Part shown: positions 8,242 to 18,706 of the stretch, one piece after another
Layout: every line of letters begins with the position of its first letter
How positions within the stretch are numbered: position 1 is the first letter of the stretch
Assembly (NCBI RefSeq): GCF_000017305.1
Contig: NC_009664.2
Location: 2,370,001-2,402,000, forward strand
Length of the DNA: 32,000 bases
Direction of reading: 5' to 3'
DNA from: Kineococcus radiotolerans SRS30216 = ATCC BAA-149
Lineage (GTDB): Bacteria > Actinomycetota > Actinomycetes > Actinomycetales > Kineococcaceae
Position numbers and translations under genes: made by a program
The notes under the pieces: model-generated
What the model was told of the DNA's origin: nothing
Databases searched by the model: none
The model's input: the letters and a program-made list of their open reading frames with translations, nothing else

Positions 8242-9006
8242 TCAGCCCCCGTGCAGCCGCCGCCGCAGGTCCGCCGCGTGCCGCAGCAGCACCTCGACGA
8301 ACCCGCTCCGGCGGGCCTCGTCGACGTCCCCGGCGGGGAACGTGAGCGCGAGGCTGCACACCGGCCAGCCGCTGCGGTCGCGCACCGCCACCGCCACCGA
8401 CGCCAGCCCCTCGGTGATCTCCCCGTCCTCCACCGCGTACCCGCGGGCCCGGGTCGCGACCAGCTCCGAGCGCAGCCCGGCGGCGGTCTGGGTCGCCGCC
8501 CCGCGCCGGGTGAACGCCGACGGGTCCGGGAACAGCGCCCGCACCTGCTCGCGCGGCAGCGCGGCCAGCAGCGCCCGCCCGCTGGCGGTGAGGTGGCTCG
8601 GCAACCGCACCTCGACGTCGGTGACCAGCGCCGGGCGCCGCGGCGCGCGCTCCTCCACCAGGTAGACGACCTCGCGCCCGGCCAGCACCGCCAGGTGCGC
8701 GCTCTCGCCCACCCGGTCCACCAGCGCCGCGAGCACCGGCCGGCCCAGCCGGGTGACGGGTTCCTGGCGCACGTAGCCCGAGCTCAGCTCGAACGCGGCG
8801 ATCCCCAGGCCGTAGCGGCGGGCCTCGGGGAAGTGCAGGACGAAACCCTGCCCGGCCAGTTCCGCCAGCAACCGGTAGACGCTGGAGCGCGGCAGGTCCA
8901 GCGACCGCGCCAGGGTCGCCGCCGCCACCGGCCCCTGCTGGGCCGCCATGAACGACAGGATCCGCAGCGCCGCCGCGACCGTCGGGGCTCCGTTCGGCGT
9001 GGCCAC
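8242..9006 (-). CDS. IclR family transcriptional regulator (candidate hut regulator)
   Basis: N-terminal wHTH LRILSF..GPVAAATLARSLDLPRSSVYRLLAELAGQGFV and an IclR effector domain (...GYAVEDGEITEGLASVAVAV...). GTG start at 9006. Divergent from hutH. Confidence 0.88.
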   Translation of the reverse strand: MATPNGAPTVAAALRILSFMAAQQGPVAAATLARSLDLPRSSVYRLLAELAGQGFVLHFPEARRYGLGIAAFELSSGYVRQEPVTRLGRPVLAALVDRVGESAHLAVLAGREVVYLVEERAPRRPALVTDVEVRLPSHLTASGRALLAALPREQVRALFPDPSAFTRRGAATQTAAGLRSELVATRARGYAVEDGEITEGLASVAVAVRDRSGWPVCSLALTFPAGDVDEARRSGFVEVLLRHAADLRRRLHGG

Positions 9007-9014
9007 CCGCCGAA

Positions 9015-9034
9015 GTGTCCAGCACCCTGGACAC
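9015..9034. promoter_or_regulatory. Perfect inverted repeat GTGTCCAG-cacc-CTGGACAC, candidate IclR operator
   Basis: 8-bp arms with a 4-nt spacer, read directly. It lies 9 nt upstream of the iclR start and 45 nt upstream of the hutH start. Confidence 0.45.
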
Positions 9035-9078
9035 CGTCGCCGCGCCGGACCCTGACGAACCCCCTCCCGCGGTGTGGG

Positions 9079-10623
9079 ATGAGGAACGTGAGAGAAGTCC
9101 TCGTGGCCGCCGGCCCGCTGTCCCCGGCCGACGTCGTCGACGTCGCCCGCCACGGCGCCCGGGTCGGGCTCGACCCCGCCGCCCTCGCCGGCGTCGACGC
9201 CTCCCGCGCCCGCGTCGAAGCCCTCGCCGGCGACCCCGAACCGCACTACGGCATCTCCACCGGCTTCGGGGCGCTGGCGACCCGGCACATCCCCCTCGAC
9301 CGGCGGACCCAGCTCCAGCGCAGCCTCGTCCGCTCCCACGCCGCCGGCTCCGGCCCCGAGGTCGAGACCGAGGTCGTGCGCGCCACGATGCTGCTGCGCC
9401 TGTCCACGCTGATGACCGGGCGCACCGGGGTCCGCTCCGCCACGGCCCGCGCCTACGCGGGCCTGCTGAACGCCCACCTCACCCCCGTCGTCCCCGAGCA
9501 CGGCTCGCTGGGCTGCTCCGGCGACCTCGCCCCCCTCGCCCACTGCGCGCTCGCGGTGATGGGCGAGGGCACCGTCCGCACCCGCGACGGGGTGGAGCTC
9601 CCCGCCGCGAAGGCGCTCGCCGACGCCGGGCTGGAACCCGTCGTGCTCGCCGAGAAGGAGGGCCTGGCCCTCATCAACGGCACCGACGGGATGCTCGGGC
9701 AGCTCGTCCTCGCCCTGGACACCCTCGCCACCCTGTTCGCCACCGCCGACGTCGCCGCCGCCATGAGCGTCGAGGCACTGCTGGGCACCGACGCCGTGTT
9801 CGCCGACGACCTGCAGGCCCTGCGGCCCCAGACCGGCCAGCGGGTGTCGGCGGGCAACGTCCGCCGGGCGCTCGCGGGGTCGCCGATCGTCGCCAGCCAC
9901 AAGGGCCCGGAGTGCACCCGCGTCCAGGACGCGTACTCCCTGCGCTGCGCCCCCCAGGTCCACGGCGCCGGCCGGGACACCGCCGCCCACGCCCTGGCCG
10001 TCGCGACGGCCGAGCTCGCCGCGGCGATCGACAACCCCGTCGTCACCCCCGACGGGCGGGTGGAGTCCAACGGGAACTTCCACGGCGCCCCGGTCGCCTA
10101 CGTCCTGGACTTCCTCGCCATCGCCGTCGCGGACCTGGCGAGCATCAGCGAACGGCGCACCGACCGGTTGCTGGACCCCGCCCGCAGCCACGGCCTGCCG
10201 GCGTTCCTGGCCCACGACGCGGGCGTCGACTCCGGCCTGATGATCGCCCAGTACACCGCGGCCGGGATCGTCAGCGACCTCAAGCGCCTCGCCGTCCCCG
10301 CCTCCGTCGACTCCATCCCGAGCTCGGCCATGCAGGAGGACCACGTCTCGATGGGGTGGGCGGGGGCGCGCAAGCTCCGCCGCGCCCTCGACGGCCTCAC
10401 CCGCGTCGTCGCCGTCGAGGTGCTGACCGCCGCCCGCGGTCTGGACCTGCGGAGACCCCTGGAACCCGGCCCCGTCACCGGCGCCGTGCTCGCGAAGCTC
10501 CGCGAGACCGTCGAGGGCCCCGGGCCCGACCGCTTCCTCGCCCCCGAGATCGAGGCCGCCGTGGCCGCCGTCGCCTCGGGGGACCTGCTCGCCGCCGCCC
10601 GTTCCGTCACCGAGATCCACTGA
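9079..10623 (+). CDS. hutH: Histidine ammonia-lyase
   Basis: [11 protein letters not shown], the MIO region [14 protein letters not shown] (CSG at 9514-9522), NGTDGM and [15 protein letters not shown]. About 514 aa. It is the downstream part of track ORF 8137..10623. Confidence 0.93.
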   Translation: MRNVREVLVAAGPLSPADVVDVARHGARVGLDPAALAGVDASRARVEALAGDPEPHYGISTGFGALATRHIPLDRRTQLQRSLVRSHAAGSGPEVETEVVRATMLLRLSTLMTGRTGVRSATARAYAGLLNAHLTPVVPEHGSLGCSGDLAPLAHCALAVMGEGTVRTRDGVELPAAKALADAGLEPVVLAEKEGLALINGTDGMLGQLVLALDTLATLFATADVAAAMSVEALLGTDAVFADDLQALRPQTGQRVSAGNVRRALAGSPIVASHKGPECTRVQDAYSLRCAPQVHGAGRDTAAHALAVATAELAAAIDNPVVTPDGRVESNGNFHGAPVAYVLDFLAIAVADLASISERRTDRLLDPARSHGLPAFLAHDAGVDSGLMIAQYTAAGIVSDLKRLAVPASVDSIPSSAMQEDHVSMGWAGARKLRRALDGLTRVVAVEVLTAARGLDLRRPLEPGPVTGAVLAKLRETVEGPGPDRFLAPEIEAAVAAVASGDLLAAARSVTEIH

Positions 10624-10633
10624 GGAGCCCGAG

Positions 10634-12298
10634 ATGTCGACGACCCACGGACCCCGTCCCGTCCGCGCCCGGCGCGGCACCGAGCTGCAGGCCAGGAGCT
10701 GGCAGACCGAGGCGCCGCTGCGGATGCTCATGAACAACCTCGACCCCGAGGTCGCCGAACGCCCCGACGACCTCGTCGTCTACGGCGGCACCGGGAAGGC
10801 CGCGCGGTCCTGGGAGGCCTACGACGCGATCGTCCGCACCCTGGAGACCCTCGCGGACGACGAGACGCTCCTGGTGCAGTCCGGCAAACCCGTCGGGGTG
10901 TTCCGCACCCACGCGTGGGCCCCGCGCGTCCTCATCGCCAACTCCAACCTCGTCGGCGACTGGGCGACCTGGCCGGAGTTCCGCCGCCTGGAGCAGGCCG
11001 GGCTCACGATGTACGGGCAGATGACGGCCGGGTCCTGGATCTACATCGGCACCCAGGGCATCCTCCAGGGCACCTACGAGACGTTCGCCGCCGTCGCCGA
11101 GAAGCGCTTCGGCGGAACCCTCGCCGGGACCATCACCCTCACCGGCGGCTGCGGCGGCATGGGCGGGGCGCAGCCGCTGGCGGTGACGATGAACGGGGGC
11201 GCCGTGATCGTCGTCGACGTCGACGCGGCGCGGTTGCGCCGCCGCGTCGAGCACGGCTACCTCGACGAGCTGGCCGACGACCTCGACGACGCCCTGGGCC
11301 GGGTCGTGCGCGCCCGCGACGAACGCCGGGCGCTGTCCGTCGGGGTCGTCGGCAACGCCGCCACGGTGTTCCCCCAGCTGCTGGCGATGGGCGCCCCGAT
11401 CGACGTCGTCACCGACCAGACCTCCGCGCACGACCCGCTGAACTACCTGCCCGAGGGCGTGACCGTCGAGGAGTGGCACGAGCTCGCCGCGAAGGACCCG
11501 GAGGGTTTCACCGAGCGCTCCCGCGCCGCGATGGCCAAGCACGTCGCGGCCATGGTCGGGTTCCAGGACGCCGGCGCCGAGGTGTTCGACTACGGCAACT
11601 CCATCCGCCAGGAGGCCCGCCTCGGCGGGTACGAGCGCGCCTTCGACTTCCCCGGGTTCGTCCCCGCCTACATCCGCCCGCTGTTCGCCGAGGGCAAGGG
11701 CCCGTTCCGCTGGGCGGCGCTCTCCGGCGACCCGGCCGACATCGCCCGCACCGACCGGGCGGTCCTGGAACTGTTCCCCGAGGACGAGAAGCTGCGGCGC
11801 TGGATCACCGCGGCGGGGGAGAAGGTGCACTTCGAGGGGCTGCCCGCCCGCATCTGCTGGCTGGGCTACAAGGAACGCCACCTCGCCGGGCTGAGGTTCA
11901 ACGAGCTCGTCGCGAACGGCGAGCTCAGCGCCCCCGTCGTCATCGGCCGCGACCACCTCGACTCCGGGTCCGTCGCCTCGCCCTACCGCGAGACCGAGGG
12001 CATGGCCGATGGTTCCGACGCCATCGCGGACTGGCCGCTGCTCAACGCGCTGCTGAACACCGCGTCCGGGGCGACGTGGGTCTCCCTGCACCACGGCGGC
12101 GGCGTCGGCATCGGCCGCTCGATCCACGCCGGTCAGGTGATCGTCGCCGACGGCACGGAACTCGCCGCGCAGAAGATCGAGCGCGTCCTCACCAACGACC
12201 CCGGCACCGGCGTCATGCGCCACGTCGACGCCGGCTACGACCGGGCCGCCGAGGTCGCGCGCGAACGCGGCCTGCGGGTGCCGATGTGGGAAGCGTGA
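10634..12298 (+). CDS. hutU: Urocanate hydratase
   Basis: 554 aa with GAGGAG 6 nt upstream of the ATG. Urocanase motifs [39 protein letters not shown], and [12 protein letters not shown] near the C-terminus. Confidence 0.95.
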   Translation: MSTTHGPRPVRARRGTELQARSWQTEAPLRMLMNNLDPEVAERPDDLVVYGGTGKAARSWEAYDAIVRTLETLADDETLLVQSGKPVGVFRTHAWAPRVLIANSNLVGDWATWPEFRRLEQAGLTMYGQMTAGSWIYIGTQGILQGTYETFAAVAEKRFGGTLAGTITLTGGCGGMGGAQPLAVTMNGGAVIVVDVDAARLRRRVEHGYLDELADDLDDALGRVVRARDERRALSVGVVGNAATVFPQLLAMGAPIDVVTDQTSAHDPLNYLPEGVTVEEWHELAAKDPEGFTERSRAAMAKHVAAMVGFQDAGAEVFDYGNSIRQEARLGGYERAFDFPGFVPAYIRPLFAEGKGPFRWAALSGDPADIARTDRAVLELFPEDEKLRRWITAAGEKVHFEGLPARICWLGYKERHLAGLRFNELVANGELSAPVVIGRDHLDSGSVASPYRETEGMADGSDAIADWPLLNALLNTASGATWVSLHHGGGVGIGRSIHAGQVIVADGTELAAQKIERVLTNDPGTGVMRHVDAGYDRAAEVARERGLRVPMWEA

Positions 12299-13605
12299 CC
12301 TCGTTCTGGTGCGAGTCGGCGTGGCTCGACGGGGGTCCCGTGCGCGGGGTCCGCGTCGAGTCCGCCGACGGCCGGACCACCGCCCTGACCCGGGCGGAGA
12401 ACCCGGCCCCCGGCGATCGGGAACTGCGGGGCCTGGTGTTCCCGGGTCTCGCCGACGCCCACTCCCACGCCTTCCACCGTGGCCTGCGCGGGCGCACCCA
12501 CCGGGACGGGGGGTCGTTCTGGACCTGGCGCACCGCGATGTACGCCCTCGCCGGCCGACTGGACCCCGACGTCTACCGCGACCTCGCCACGGCCGTGTTC
12601 GCCGAGATGGTCCTGGCCGGGTGGACGGCGGTGGGGGAGTTCCACTACGTCCACCACCGCCGCGACGGAACCCCCTACGACGACCCGAACGCCTTCGCCC
12701 TCGCCCTGCGCGACGCCGCCCGCGCGGCCGGGATCCGCCTCACCCTCCTCGACACCCTGTACCTGACCTCCGCGCCGGGGGAACCGCCGCTGCCCGAGCA
12801 GCGCCGCTTCTCCGACGGGACCGCGGCGGCCTGGGCGCAGCGGGTCCGGGAGATCCCCGCCGACGCGGGTTTCCGCGTCGGGGTGGCCGCGCACTCCGTC
12901 CGCGCGGTGGGGCCGGACGACCTCGCCGTCGTCGCCGCGACGGCCCGCGACCTCGGCGCCCCCGTCCACGTCCACCTCTCCGAGCAGCCCGCCGAGAACG
13001 ACGCCTGCCGCGCCGCCCACGGCGCCACGCCGACGGAACTCCTGGAGCGCGCCGGTCTCCTCGGGCCCGACCTCACCGTCGTGCACGCCAACCACCTCAC
13101 CGACGCCGACGTCGCCCGCCTGGGGTCCGCGCGGGTCACCGTCGCGGCCTGCCCCACGACGGAGGCCGACCTCGGCGACGGCGTCGGGCGCGCGCGCGAC
13201 CTCGCCACCGCGGGCGCGGTCCTCGCGCTGGGCAGCGACCAGCACGCCGTCGTCGACCCGTTCCTGGAGGCCCGCGGCCTGGAGGGCGCGGCCCGGCTGG
13301 GGGCGCTGCGCCGCGGGGCGTTCGACCCCGCCGACCTCGTCGCCGCCCTCACCACCGGCGGGCACCGCAGCCTCGGCCTCGACGGCGGGACCCTCGCCGT
13401 CGGCGCCCCCTGCGACCTCGTCGCCGTGGACGCCCGCTCGGTGCGCACCGCCGGGTCCGACCCGGCCCAGCTCGTCCTGAGCGCCACCGCCGCCGACGTC
13501 ACCGACGTCGTCGTGGGCGGTGAGACCCGGGTCCGCGACCGCGTCCACACCACCCTGGGCGACCCCGCCGACCTGCTGCTCGACGCCCTGAGGAGGCTGA
13601 CGTGA
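12295..13605 (+). CDS. hutF: Formimidoylglutamate deiminase
   Basis: The GTG start overlaps the hutU stop (GTGA). [14 protein letters not shown]...[11 protein letters not shown]...GEFHYVHH is the HutF amidohydrolase signature pattern. Confidence 0.88.
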   Translation: MTSFWCESAWLDGGPVRGVRVESADGRTTALTRAENPAPGDRELRGLVFPGLADAHSHAFHRGLRGRTHRDGGSFWTWRTAMYALAGRLDPDVYRDLATAVFAEMVLAGWTAVGEFHYVHHRRDGTPYDDPNAFALALRDAARAAGIRLTLLDTLYLTSAPGEPPLPEQRRFSDGTAAAWAQRVREIPADAGFRVGVAAHSVRAVGPDDLAVVAATARDLGAPVHVHLSEQPAENDACRAAHGATPTELLERAGLLGPDLTVVHANHLTDADVARLGSARVTVAACPTTEADLGDGVGRARDLATAGAVLALGSDQHAVVDPFLEARGLEGAARLGALRRGAFDPADLVAALTTGGHRSLGLDGGTLAVGAPCDLVAVDARSVRTAGSDPAQLVLSATAADVTDVVVGGETRVRDRVHTTLGDPADLLLDALRRLT

Positions 13606-14825
13606 ACACCCCGCGCGCGTCCGGTGCGAGCATCCTGCTCACGGGCATCGCCGAACTGACCACCAACGACCCCGAGCGCGGCGGGAGCGACCTCCTCGCC
13701 CGGGTCCGCGACGCCGCGGTCGTCGTCGAGGGCGACCGGATCGCCTGGACCGGCCCCGCCGCCCACGCCCCCGACGCCGACGAGCGGGTCGACCTCGGTG
13801 GCCGCGCCGTGCTGCCCGGCTGGGTCGACTCCCACTCCCACCTCGTCTTCGCCGGGGACCGCACCAGCGAGTTCGAGGCGCGGATGGCTGGGCAGCCCTA
13901 CGCCGCCGGCGGGATCGTCACGACTGTCACCGCCACCCGGGCCGCGTCCGACGAAGAACTCCGGGCGGGGCTGCGGAAGCACGTCGCCGAGGCGCTGGCC
14001 CAGGGCACGACGACGCTGGAGACGAAGACCGGCTACGGCCTCACCCCCGCCGAGGAACTGCGGGCGGCCCGGCTGGCGGGGGAGTTCGTCGAGGAGGTCA
14101 CCTGGCTCGGCGCGCACGTCGTCGCCCCTGGCGCCGACCCCGGCGACTACCTGGCCGAGCTCCTCGGCCCGCAGCTGGACGCGGTGCGCGGGCACGTCCG
14201 CTGGGCCGACGTGTTCTGCGAGACCGGCGCCTTCGACGAGGACGCCTCCCGGGCGGTGCTGCTCGCCGCCCGCGACGCCGGCCTCGGCCTGCGCGTCCAC
14301 GGCAACCAGCTCACGCCGGGCCCCGGGGTGCGGCTGGCCTGCGAGCTCGGCGCGGCCAGCGTCGACCACGTCAACCACCTCACCGATGCCGACGTCGACG
14401 CCCTCGCCGGCTCGGCGACGGTCGCGACGGTGCTGCCCGCCTGCGACATCTCCACCCGTCAGCCCCTGGCCCCCGCGCGCCGGCTGCTGGACGCCGGCGC
14501 CACCGTCGCGATCGCCTCCAACTGCAACCCCGGCTCCAGCTGGACCAGCTCGGTCGCGTTCTGCGTCGCCACCGCCGTCCTGCAGATGGGCCTGACCGTC
14601 GCCGAGGCCGTGCACGCCGCGACCGCCGGGGGCGCCGCGGCCCTGCGGCGCACCGACGTGGGGCGGGTCGTCGTCGGCGCCCGTGCCGACCTGCACGTCC
14701 TCGACGCCCCCTCGGTGACCCACCTCGCGTACCGGCCCGGGGTCCCGCTGACGCACGCCGTGTGGCGCGCGGGAGCACCGGTCCGGGGCTTGAGTCGGGG
14801 GGCTCAGGTGCCGACGAGGGGGTGA
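13602..14825 (+). CDS. hutI: Imidazolonepropionase
   Basis: The GTG start overlaps the hutF stop (GTGA). [30 protein letters not shown] and ASNCNPGSS are typical HutI motifs. Confidence 0.93.
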   Translation: MNTPRASGASILLTGIAELTTNDPERGGSDLLARVRDAAVVVEGDRIAWTGPAAHAPDADERVDLGGRAVLPGWVDSHSHLVFAGDRTSEFEARMAGQPYAAGGIVTTVTATRAASDEELRAGLRKHVAEALAQGTTTLETKTGYGLTPAEELRAARLAGEFVEEVTWLGAHVVAPGADPGDYLAELLGPQLDAVRGHVRWADVFCETGAFDEDASRAVLLAARDAGLGLRVHGNQLTPGPGVRLACELGAASVDHVNHLTDADVDALAGSATVATVLPACDISTRQPLAPARRLLDAGATVAIASNCNPGSSWTSSVAFCVATAVLQMGLTVAEAVHAATAGGAAALRRTDVGRVVVGARADLHVLDAPSVTHLAYRPGVPLTHAVWRAGAPVRGLSRGAQVPTRG

Positions 14826-14837
14826 CAGGTGGCGACA

Positions 14838-14861
14838 CCCGCGGGGCGACCGCCCCGCGGG
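14838..14861 (+). terminator. GC-rich hairpin 13 nt downstream of the hutI stop (U-tract-less terminator candidate)
   Basis: CCCGCGGGGCG-ac-CGCCCCGCGGG: perfect 11-nt arms read directly. No T-tract follows. Confidence 0.45.
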
Positions 14862-14933
14862 CCCCACCGACGACCCGGCCCGAGGCGCTCAGCCCAGGGG
14901 GCGGGGTCGTCAGCAGGCGAGAGGACGACGGCC

Positions 14934-16550
14934 ATGGATCACCCGGAGAGCACGAGCCACGGCATCGGCGGCTGGTGGGCCGACCGCGGCATCGTCGCCA
15001 AGATCCTGACCGCCGTGTGCCTGGCCGCGCTCGTCGCCGCCGTCGTCGGCGCGGTCGGCCTGCGCTCCCTGGGCGAGGTCCGCGACGACGCCGCGCGCAT
15101 GGACACCGACGGGGTCAAGGCCATCACCGCCGTCGACGACGTCGCCATCCACTTCCGCGAGGCCCGCGTCGACTTCCTCAGCCACGTCCTCAGCGTCGAC
15201 GCCGCCGAGATGGCCGACCGCGAGCGGCAGCTCGAGGACGACGCCACCGCGCTCCAGAGCGCCCTGGAGGTCTACAAGGCCACCGACCTGACCGGGCGCG
15301 AGGAGCACGTGACCGCCTTCGAGGACGCCTGGGCCGCCTACACCCGGCTGCGCGACAGCGACGGCCTGGCCGCCAGCCGCGCCAACGACCTGGGGCGCGT
15401 GCGGGTCGTGCAGGAGGAGCTGGGCCGGCACACCACCAGCATGAACGAGGCCCTGACCGCCCTGCGGGAGATCGAGGGCGCCGCCGTCGAGCAGCTCGCC
15501 GCGGACGTGGAGGACACCTACGGCTCCAACCGCACCGTCGTGCTGGTCCTGCTCGTCACGGGGATCGCGCTCGCGCTGGGCGCCGGGGTCCTGGTCGCCC
15601 GCTCCATCGCCGCCGGGCTGCGCCGGGTGCAGGACGTCTCCGAGGGCCTGCAGGACGGCGACCTCACCCGCACGGCCGGGCTGACCTCCGCCGACGAGGT
15701 GGGCCGCACCGCGCAGTCGCTCGACGCGGCCGTGGTGCGCCTGCGGGAGCTGGTCGCCACCATCGACACCGCCTCCACCGGGGTGGCCACCGCCGCCGAG
15801 CAGATGTCGGCGCTCTCGGGCCAGATCGCCGCCGGTGCGGAGGAGACCTCCGCCCAGGCCGGGGTCGTCTCCGGTGCCGCCGAGGAGGTCTCCTCCACCG
15901 TGCAGACCGTCGCCGCCGGCTCCGAGGAGATGGGCGCCTCCATCCGCGAGATCTCCTCGAACACGAACGAGGCCGCCCGCGTCGCCGCCGACGCCGTCCG
16001 CGTCGCGGAGTCCACCAGCCGCACCATCGCCGACCTGGGGGAGTCCTCCCAGCAGATCGGCACCGTCGTCAAGGCCATCACCGCCATCGCGGAGCAGACC
16101 AACCTCCTCGCCCTCAACGCCACCATCGAGGCCGCCCGGGCCGGGGAGATGGGCAAGGGCTTCGCCGTCGTCGCCGGTGAGGTCAAGGAGCTCGCGCAGC
16201 AGACCGCGCGGGCCACCGAGGACATCTCCCGCCGGGTGCAGGCCATCCAGTCCGACGCCGGCGGCGCCGTGGAGGCCATCGGGGAGATCTCCACGATCAT
16301 CGACCGCATCAACGACTTCCAGGTCACCATCTCCTCCGCGGTGGAGGAGCAGACCGCGACCACCGCGGAGATGAACCGCAACGTCTCCACCGCCGCGGCC
16401 TCCTCCGGGGAGATCGCCTCCAACATCGCCGGGGTCGCCGAGGCCGCGGCCTCCACCTCCCGGGCCGTCACCGAGTCCCAGCAGGCCACCGCCGACCTGG
16501 CGCTGACCTCCCAGCAGCTGCGGACCCTGGTGGCGCAGTTCCGCTACTGA
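14934..16550 (+). CDS. Methyl-accepting chemotaxis protein
   Basis: GAGAGGA lies 8 nt upstream of ATG 14934. Two TM segments flank a roughly 170-aa sensor region, followed by a HAMP domain and the conserved signalling hairpin [37 protein letters not shown]. Confidence 0.92.
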   Translation: MDHPESTSHGIGGWWADRGIVAKILTAVCLAALVAAVVGAVGLRSLGEVRDDAARMDTDGVKAITAVDDVAIHFREARVDFLSHVLSVDAAEMADRERQLEDDATALQSALEVYKATDLTGREEHVTAFEDAWAAYTRLRDSDGLAASRANDLGRVRVVQEELGRHTTSMNEALTALREIEGAAVEQLAADVEDTYGSNRTVVLVLLVTGIALALGAGVLVARSIAAGLRRVQDVSEGLQDGDLTRTAGLTSADEVGRTAQSLDAAVVRLRELVATIDTASTGVATAAEQMSALSGQIAAGAEETSAQAGVVSGAAEEVSSTVQTVAAGSEEMGASIREISSNTNEAARVAADAVRVAESTSRTIADLGESSQQIGTVVKAITAIAEQTNLLALNATIEAARAGEMGKGFAVVAGEVKELAQQTARATEDISRRVQAIQSDAGGAVEAIGEISTIIDRINDFQVTISSAVEEQTATTAEMNRNVSTAAASSGEIASNIAGVAEAAASTSRAVTESQQATADLALTSQQLRTLVAQFRY

Positions 16551-16561
16551 CCGCCGGTCCC

Positions 16562-16610
16562 CCCGCCCGGGCGGGCCGGTAGCGTGCCGGGCGACCGGCG
16601 GAGCCGCCGG
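16562..16610 (+). terminator. Two GC-rich palindromes downstream of the MCP gene (possible terminator region)
   Basis: CCCGCCCGGGCGGG (16562-16575, perfect) and CCGGCGG-ag-CCGCCGG (16595-16610). No U-tract. Short palindromes of this size are expected by chance at this GC content. Confidence 0.25.
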
Positions 16611-16631
16611 CCGTCGAGAGGGTGGTGGGAC

Positions 16632-17504
16632 GTGCAGTCGTGGGGAGAACTCCTCGAACCGTCGCGGTTGACCGCGGTGGTGGACATCGGGGCCAACCCC
16701 ATCGACGGCGACCCGCCCTACGCGCCGATGCTGCGCGCGGGCCTGTGCACGGTGGTGGGCTTCGAGCCCCAGCCCGACGCCCTGGCGAAGCTGCACGCCG
16801 CCGCCGGGCCCAACGAGCGCTACCTGCCGCACGCCGTGGGCGACGGCGGGGAGCACGAGCTCAAGGTCACCTGGATGGGCGGGATGACCAGCCTCTTCGA
16901 ACCCGACGTGGCGCGGCTGTCGGCCCTCAACGAGTTCGCCCGCTACGGGCAGGTGCTGTCCCGGGTGCCGGTCTCGACGACCCGCCTCGACGACGTGGCC
17001 GACCTCGGGCCGCTGGACCTGCTGAAGATCGACGTGCAGGGCTCGGAGCTGATGATCTTCCAGAACGGCAGGCGCACCCTCGCCGACGCCGTCGCGGTCC
17101 ACACCGAGGTGTCCTTCGTCCCCCTCTACGAGGGGCAGCCGATGTTCCACGAGGTCGACGCGGAGCTGCGCGCCCAGGGCTTCCTGCCGCACGCCTTCGC
17201 CGCGCTGAAGAAGTGGGCCATCGCCCCGGCCGTCCTGGACGGGGACATCTTCGAGAACCACCAGCAGGTCATCGAGGCCGACGTCGCCTACGTCAAGGAC
17301 TTCGGCCGCCTGGAGGAGCTGAGCCGCGAGCAGCTCACCCACCTCGCGCTGCTGGCCCACCACGTCTACGCCTCCCCGGACCTCACCGTGCGCTGCCTCG
17401 TGCAGCTCGTGGCCGACGGCCACGTCGACGGCGAGGTCGTGCCTGCCTACGGCGCGGCGATCGGGCGCTCGCTCACCACGAACGGCGTGCGCTCCGACGT
17501 CTGA
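16632..17504 (+). CDS. FkbM family methyltransferase
   Basis: VVDIGANPIDG (SAM-binding loop), LLKIDVQGSELMIF, and HTEVSF.PLYEGQP.F.EVD..L...GF. GAGAGGG lies about 9 nt upstream of GTG 16632; the track start 16584 is the alternative. Confidence 0.85.
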   Translation: MQSWGELLEPSRLTAVVDIGANPIDGDPPYAPMLRAGLCTVVGFEPQPDALAKLHAAAGPNERYLPHAVGDGGEHELKVTWMGGMTSLFEPDVARLSALNEFARYGQVLSRVPVSTTRLDDVADLGPLDLLKIDVQGSELMIFQNGRRTLADAVAVHTEVSFVPLYEGQPMFHEVDAELRAQGFLPHAFAALKKWAIAPAVLDGDIFENHQQVIEADVAYVKDFGRLEELSREQLTHLALLAHHVYASPDLTVRCLVQLVADGHVDGEVVPAYGAAIGRSLTTNGVRSDV

Positions 17505-18706
17505 AGCCGGGGCCGCCGCCGGTGGTCCTCACGGCCCCAGACCCGCTGCAGGTCCGTCCCGGACGCCGGGGCCGCCGACGCGCCCGGGAACACCGCGGGC
17601 TCGCGGGGGACCCCCCGGGCGAGGTCCCGGGTCCGCCGCACCAGCAGCCCGTCCACCCGCACCGGCGCCACGTCGGTGAGCTCGCGCAGGTCCGCCCCCT
17701 CCAGCACGAGCGGGGCGTCGAGCTCGACGCGGAACCGGCACCGGCCCAGGACGCCCGCGGGCGGGGGCCCCACGTGGACGCGGGGGTCCTCCACCGGGGA
17801 GGGCCCCTCCGCCAGCCACACCCCGGCGTCGGTGCCGCGCAGCAGCGAGCGCACCGAGAGCACGACGTCGGCCGGGTCGCCGCCGCGGTCGTCGAGCGTC
17901 ACGACGACGTCGGGCTGCTCCCACACCAGGCCGGTGCCGCGGGCCGCGGGGTCGGTCACGAAGCGGGCCAGGGTGAGCCCCTCGCCGTTGCGGGAGCGCC
18001 GCGCGGCGTCCTCGTCGGTGCGGCCGGCGAAGTCGGGTCCGTCGTGCCAGGCCACCGCGTCGCGGGCGTGGACGAAGCCCGCCCCGGCCAGCCAGCAGCG
18101 GTGGGCGAACTCCCAGTCCTCCCCGCCGTAGGCGGTGAACGCCTCCTCGAAGCCCCCCACCGCGTCGAAGAGGTCGCGGGTGACGGCGAGGACGGCGGAG
18201 ATGACGAAGCGGTAGGCGTCGTCGCCGGCGGCGCGCAGGTCGTCGGTGCGCTCGTAGGCCTCCCGCAGCCACGCCGGTTCCTCGAACTCCTCCGGCGCGG
18301 GGCCCTCGCCGCGGAACCAGCGGACGAGACCGGCGGGACCGAGGGCGGCGAGGTCGGCGTGCCGGCGCCGGCCCACCACGAGGTCCGCGCCGGCCAGGGC
18401 GCGCACCACCGCGGAGACGTAGCCGGGTTCGGGGACGGTGTCGGCGTCGAGGAAGCACAGGACCTCCCCGCCCGCGGCGGCGGCGCCGAGGTTGCGGGCG
18501 GCGGCGGCGCGGAACCCCTCGTCGGGCTGGCTGACGACGCGCACGGGGTAGGGGCGCGGACCGGGGTCGGGGGCGGTGGCCGACCCGTCGTCGGCGACGA
18601 CGACCTCCAGGGCCGGGTGGTCCTGCAGCTCCAGGGCGGTGAGGACGAGGTCGAGGGCGTGGGGGTCCTCGTAGTGCGGGACCACCACCGACACCAGCGG
18701 GCTCAC
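17447..18706 (-). CDS. GT-A fold family 2 glycosyltransferase with a roughly 170-aa C-terminal extension of unknown function
   Basis: VSVVVPHYED, VVVADDGS, FLDADTV (DXD) and AYGGEDWEF (galactosyltransferase-like C-terminal motif). The GTG start overlaps the upstream stop (GTGA at 18703-18706). Confidence 0.85.
   Translation of the reverse strand: MSPLVSVVVPHYEDPHALDLVLTALELQDHPALEVVVADDGSATAPDPGPRPYPVRVVSQPDEGFRAAAARNLGAAAAGGEVLCFLDADTVPEPGYVSAVVRALAGADLVVGRRRHADLAALGPAGLVRWFRGEGPAPEEFEEPAWLREAYERTDDLRAAGDDAYRFVISAVLAVTRDLFDAVGGFEEAFTAYGGEDWEFAHRCWLAGAGFVHARDAVAWHDGPDFAGRTDEDAARRSRNGEGLTLARFVTDPAARGTGLVWEQPDVVVTLDDRGGDPADVVLSVRSLLRGTDAGVWLAEGPSPVEDPRVHVGPPPAGVLGRCRFRVELDAPLVLEGADLRELTDVAPVRVDGLLVRRTRDLARGVPREPAVFPGASAAPASGTDLQRVWGREDHRRRPRLQTSERTPFVVSERPIAAP

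Noticed and set aside
8229-8258. Tandem repeat GTGCAGCCCCC-GTCAGCCCCC-GTGCAGCC at the 3' end of the IclR gene
   Set aside because: There are only two short copies straddling the stop codon and the C-terminal codons, with no hairpin potential. This is compatible with chance in GC-rich sequence.
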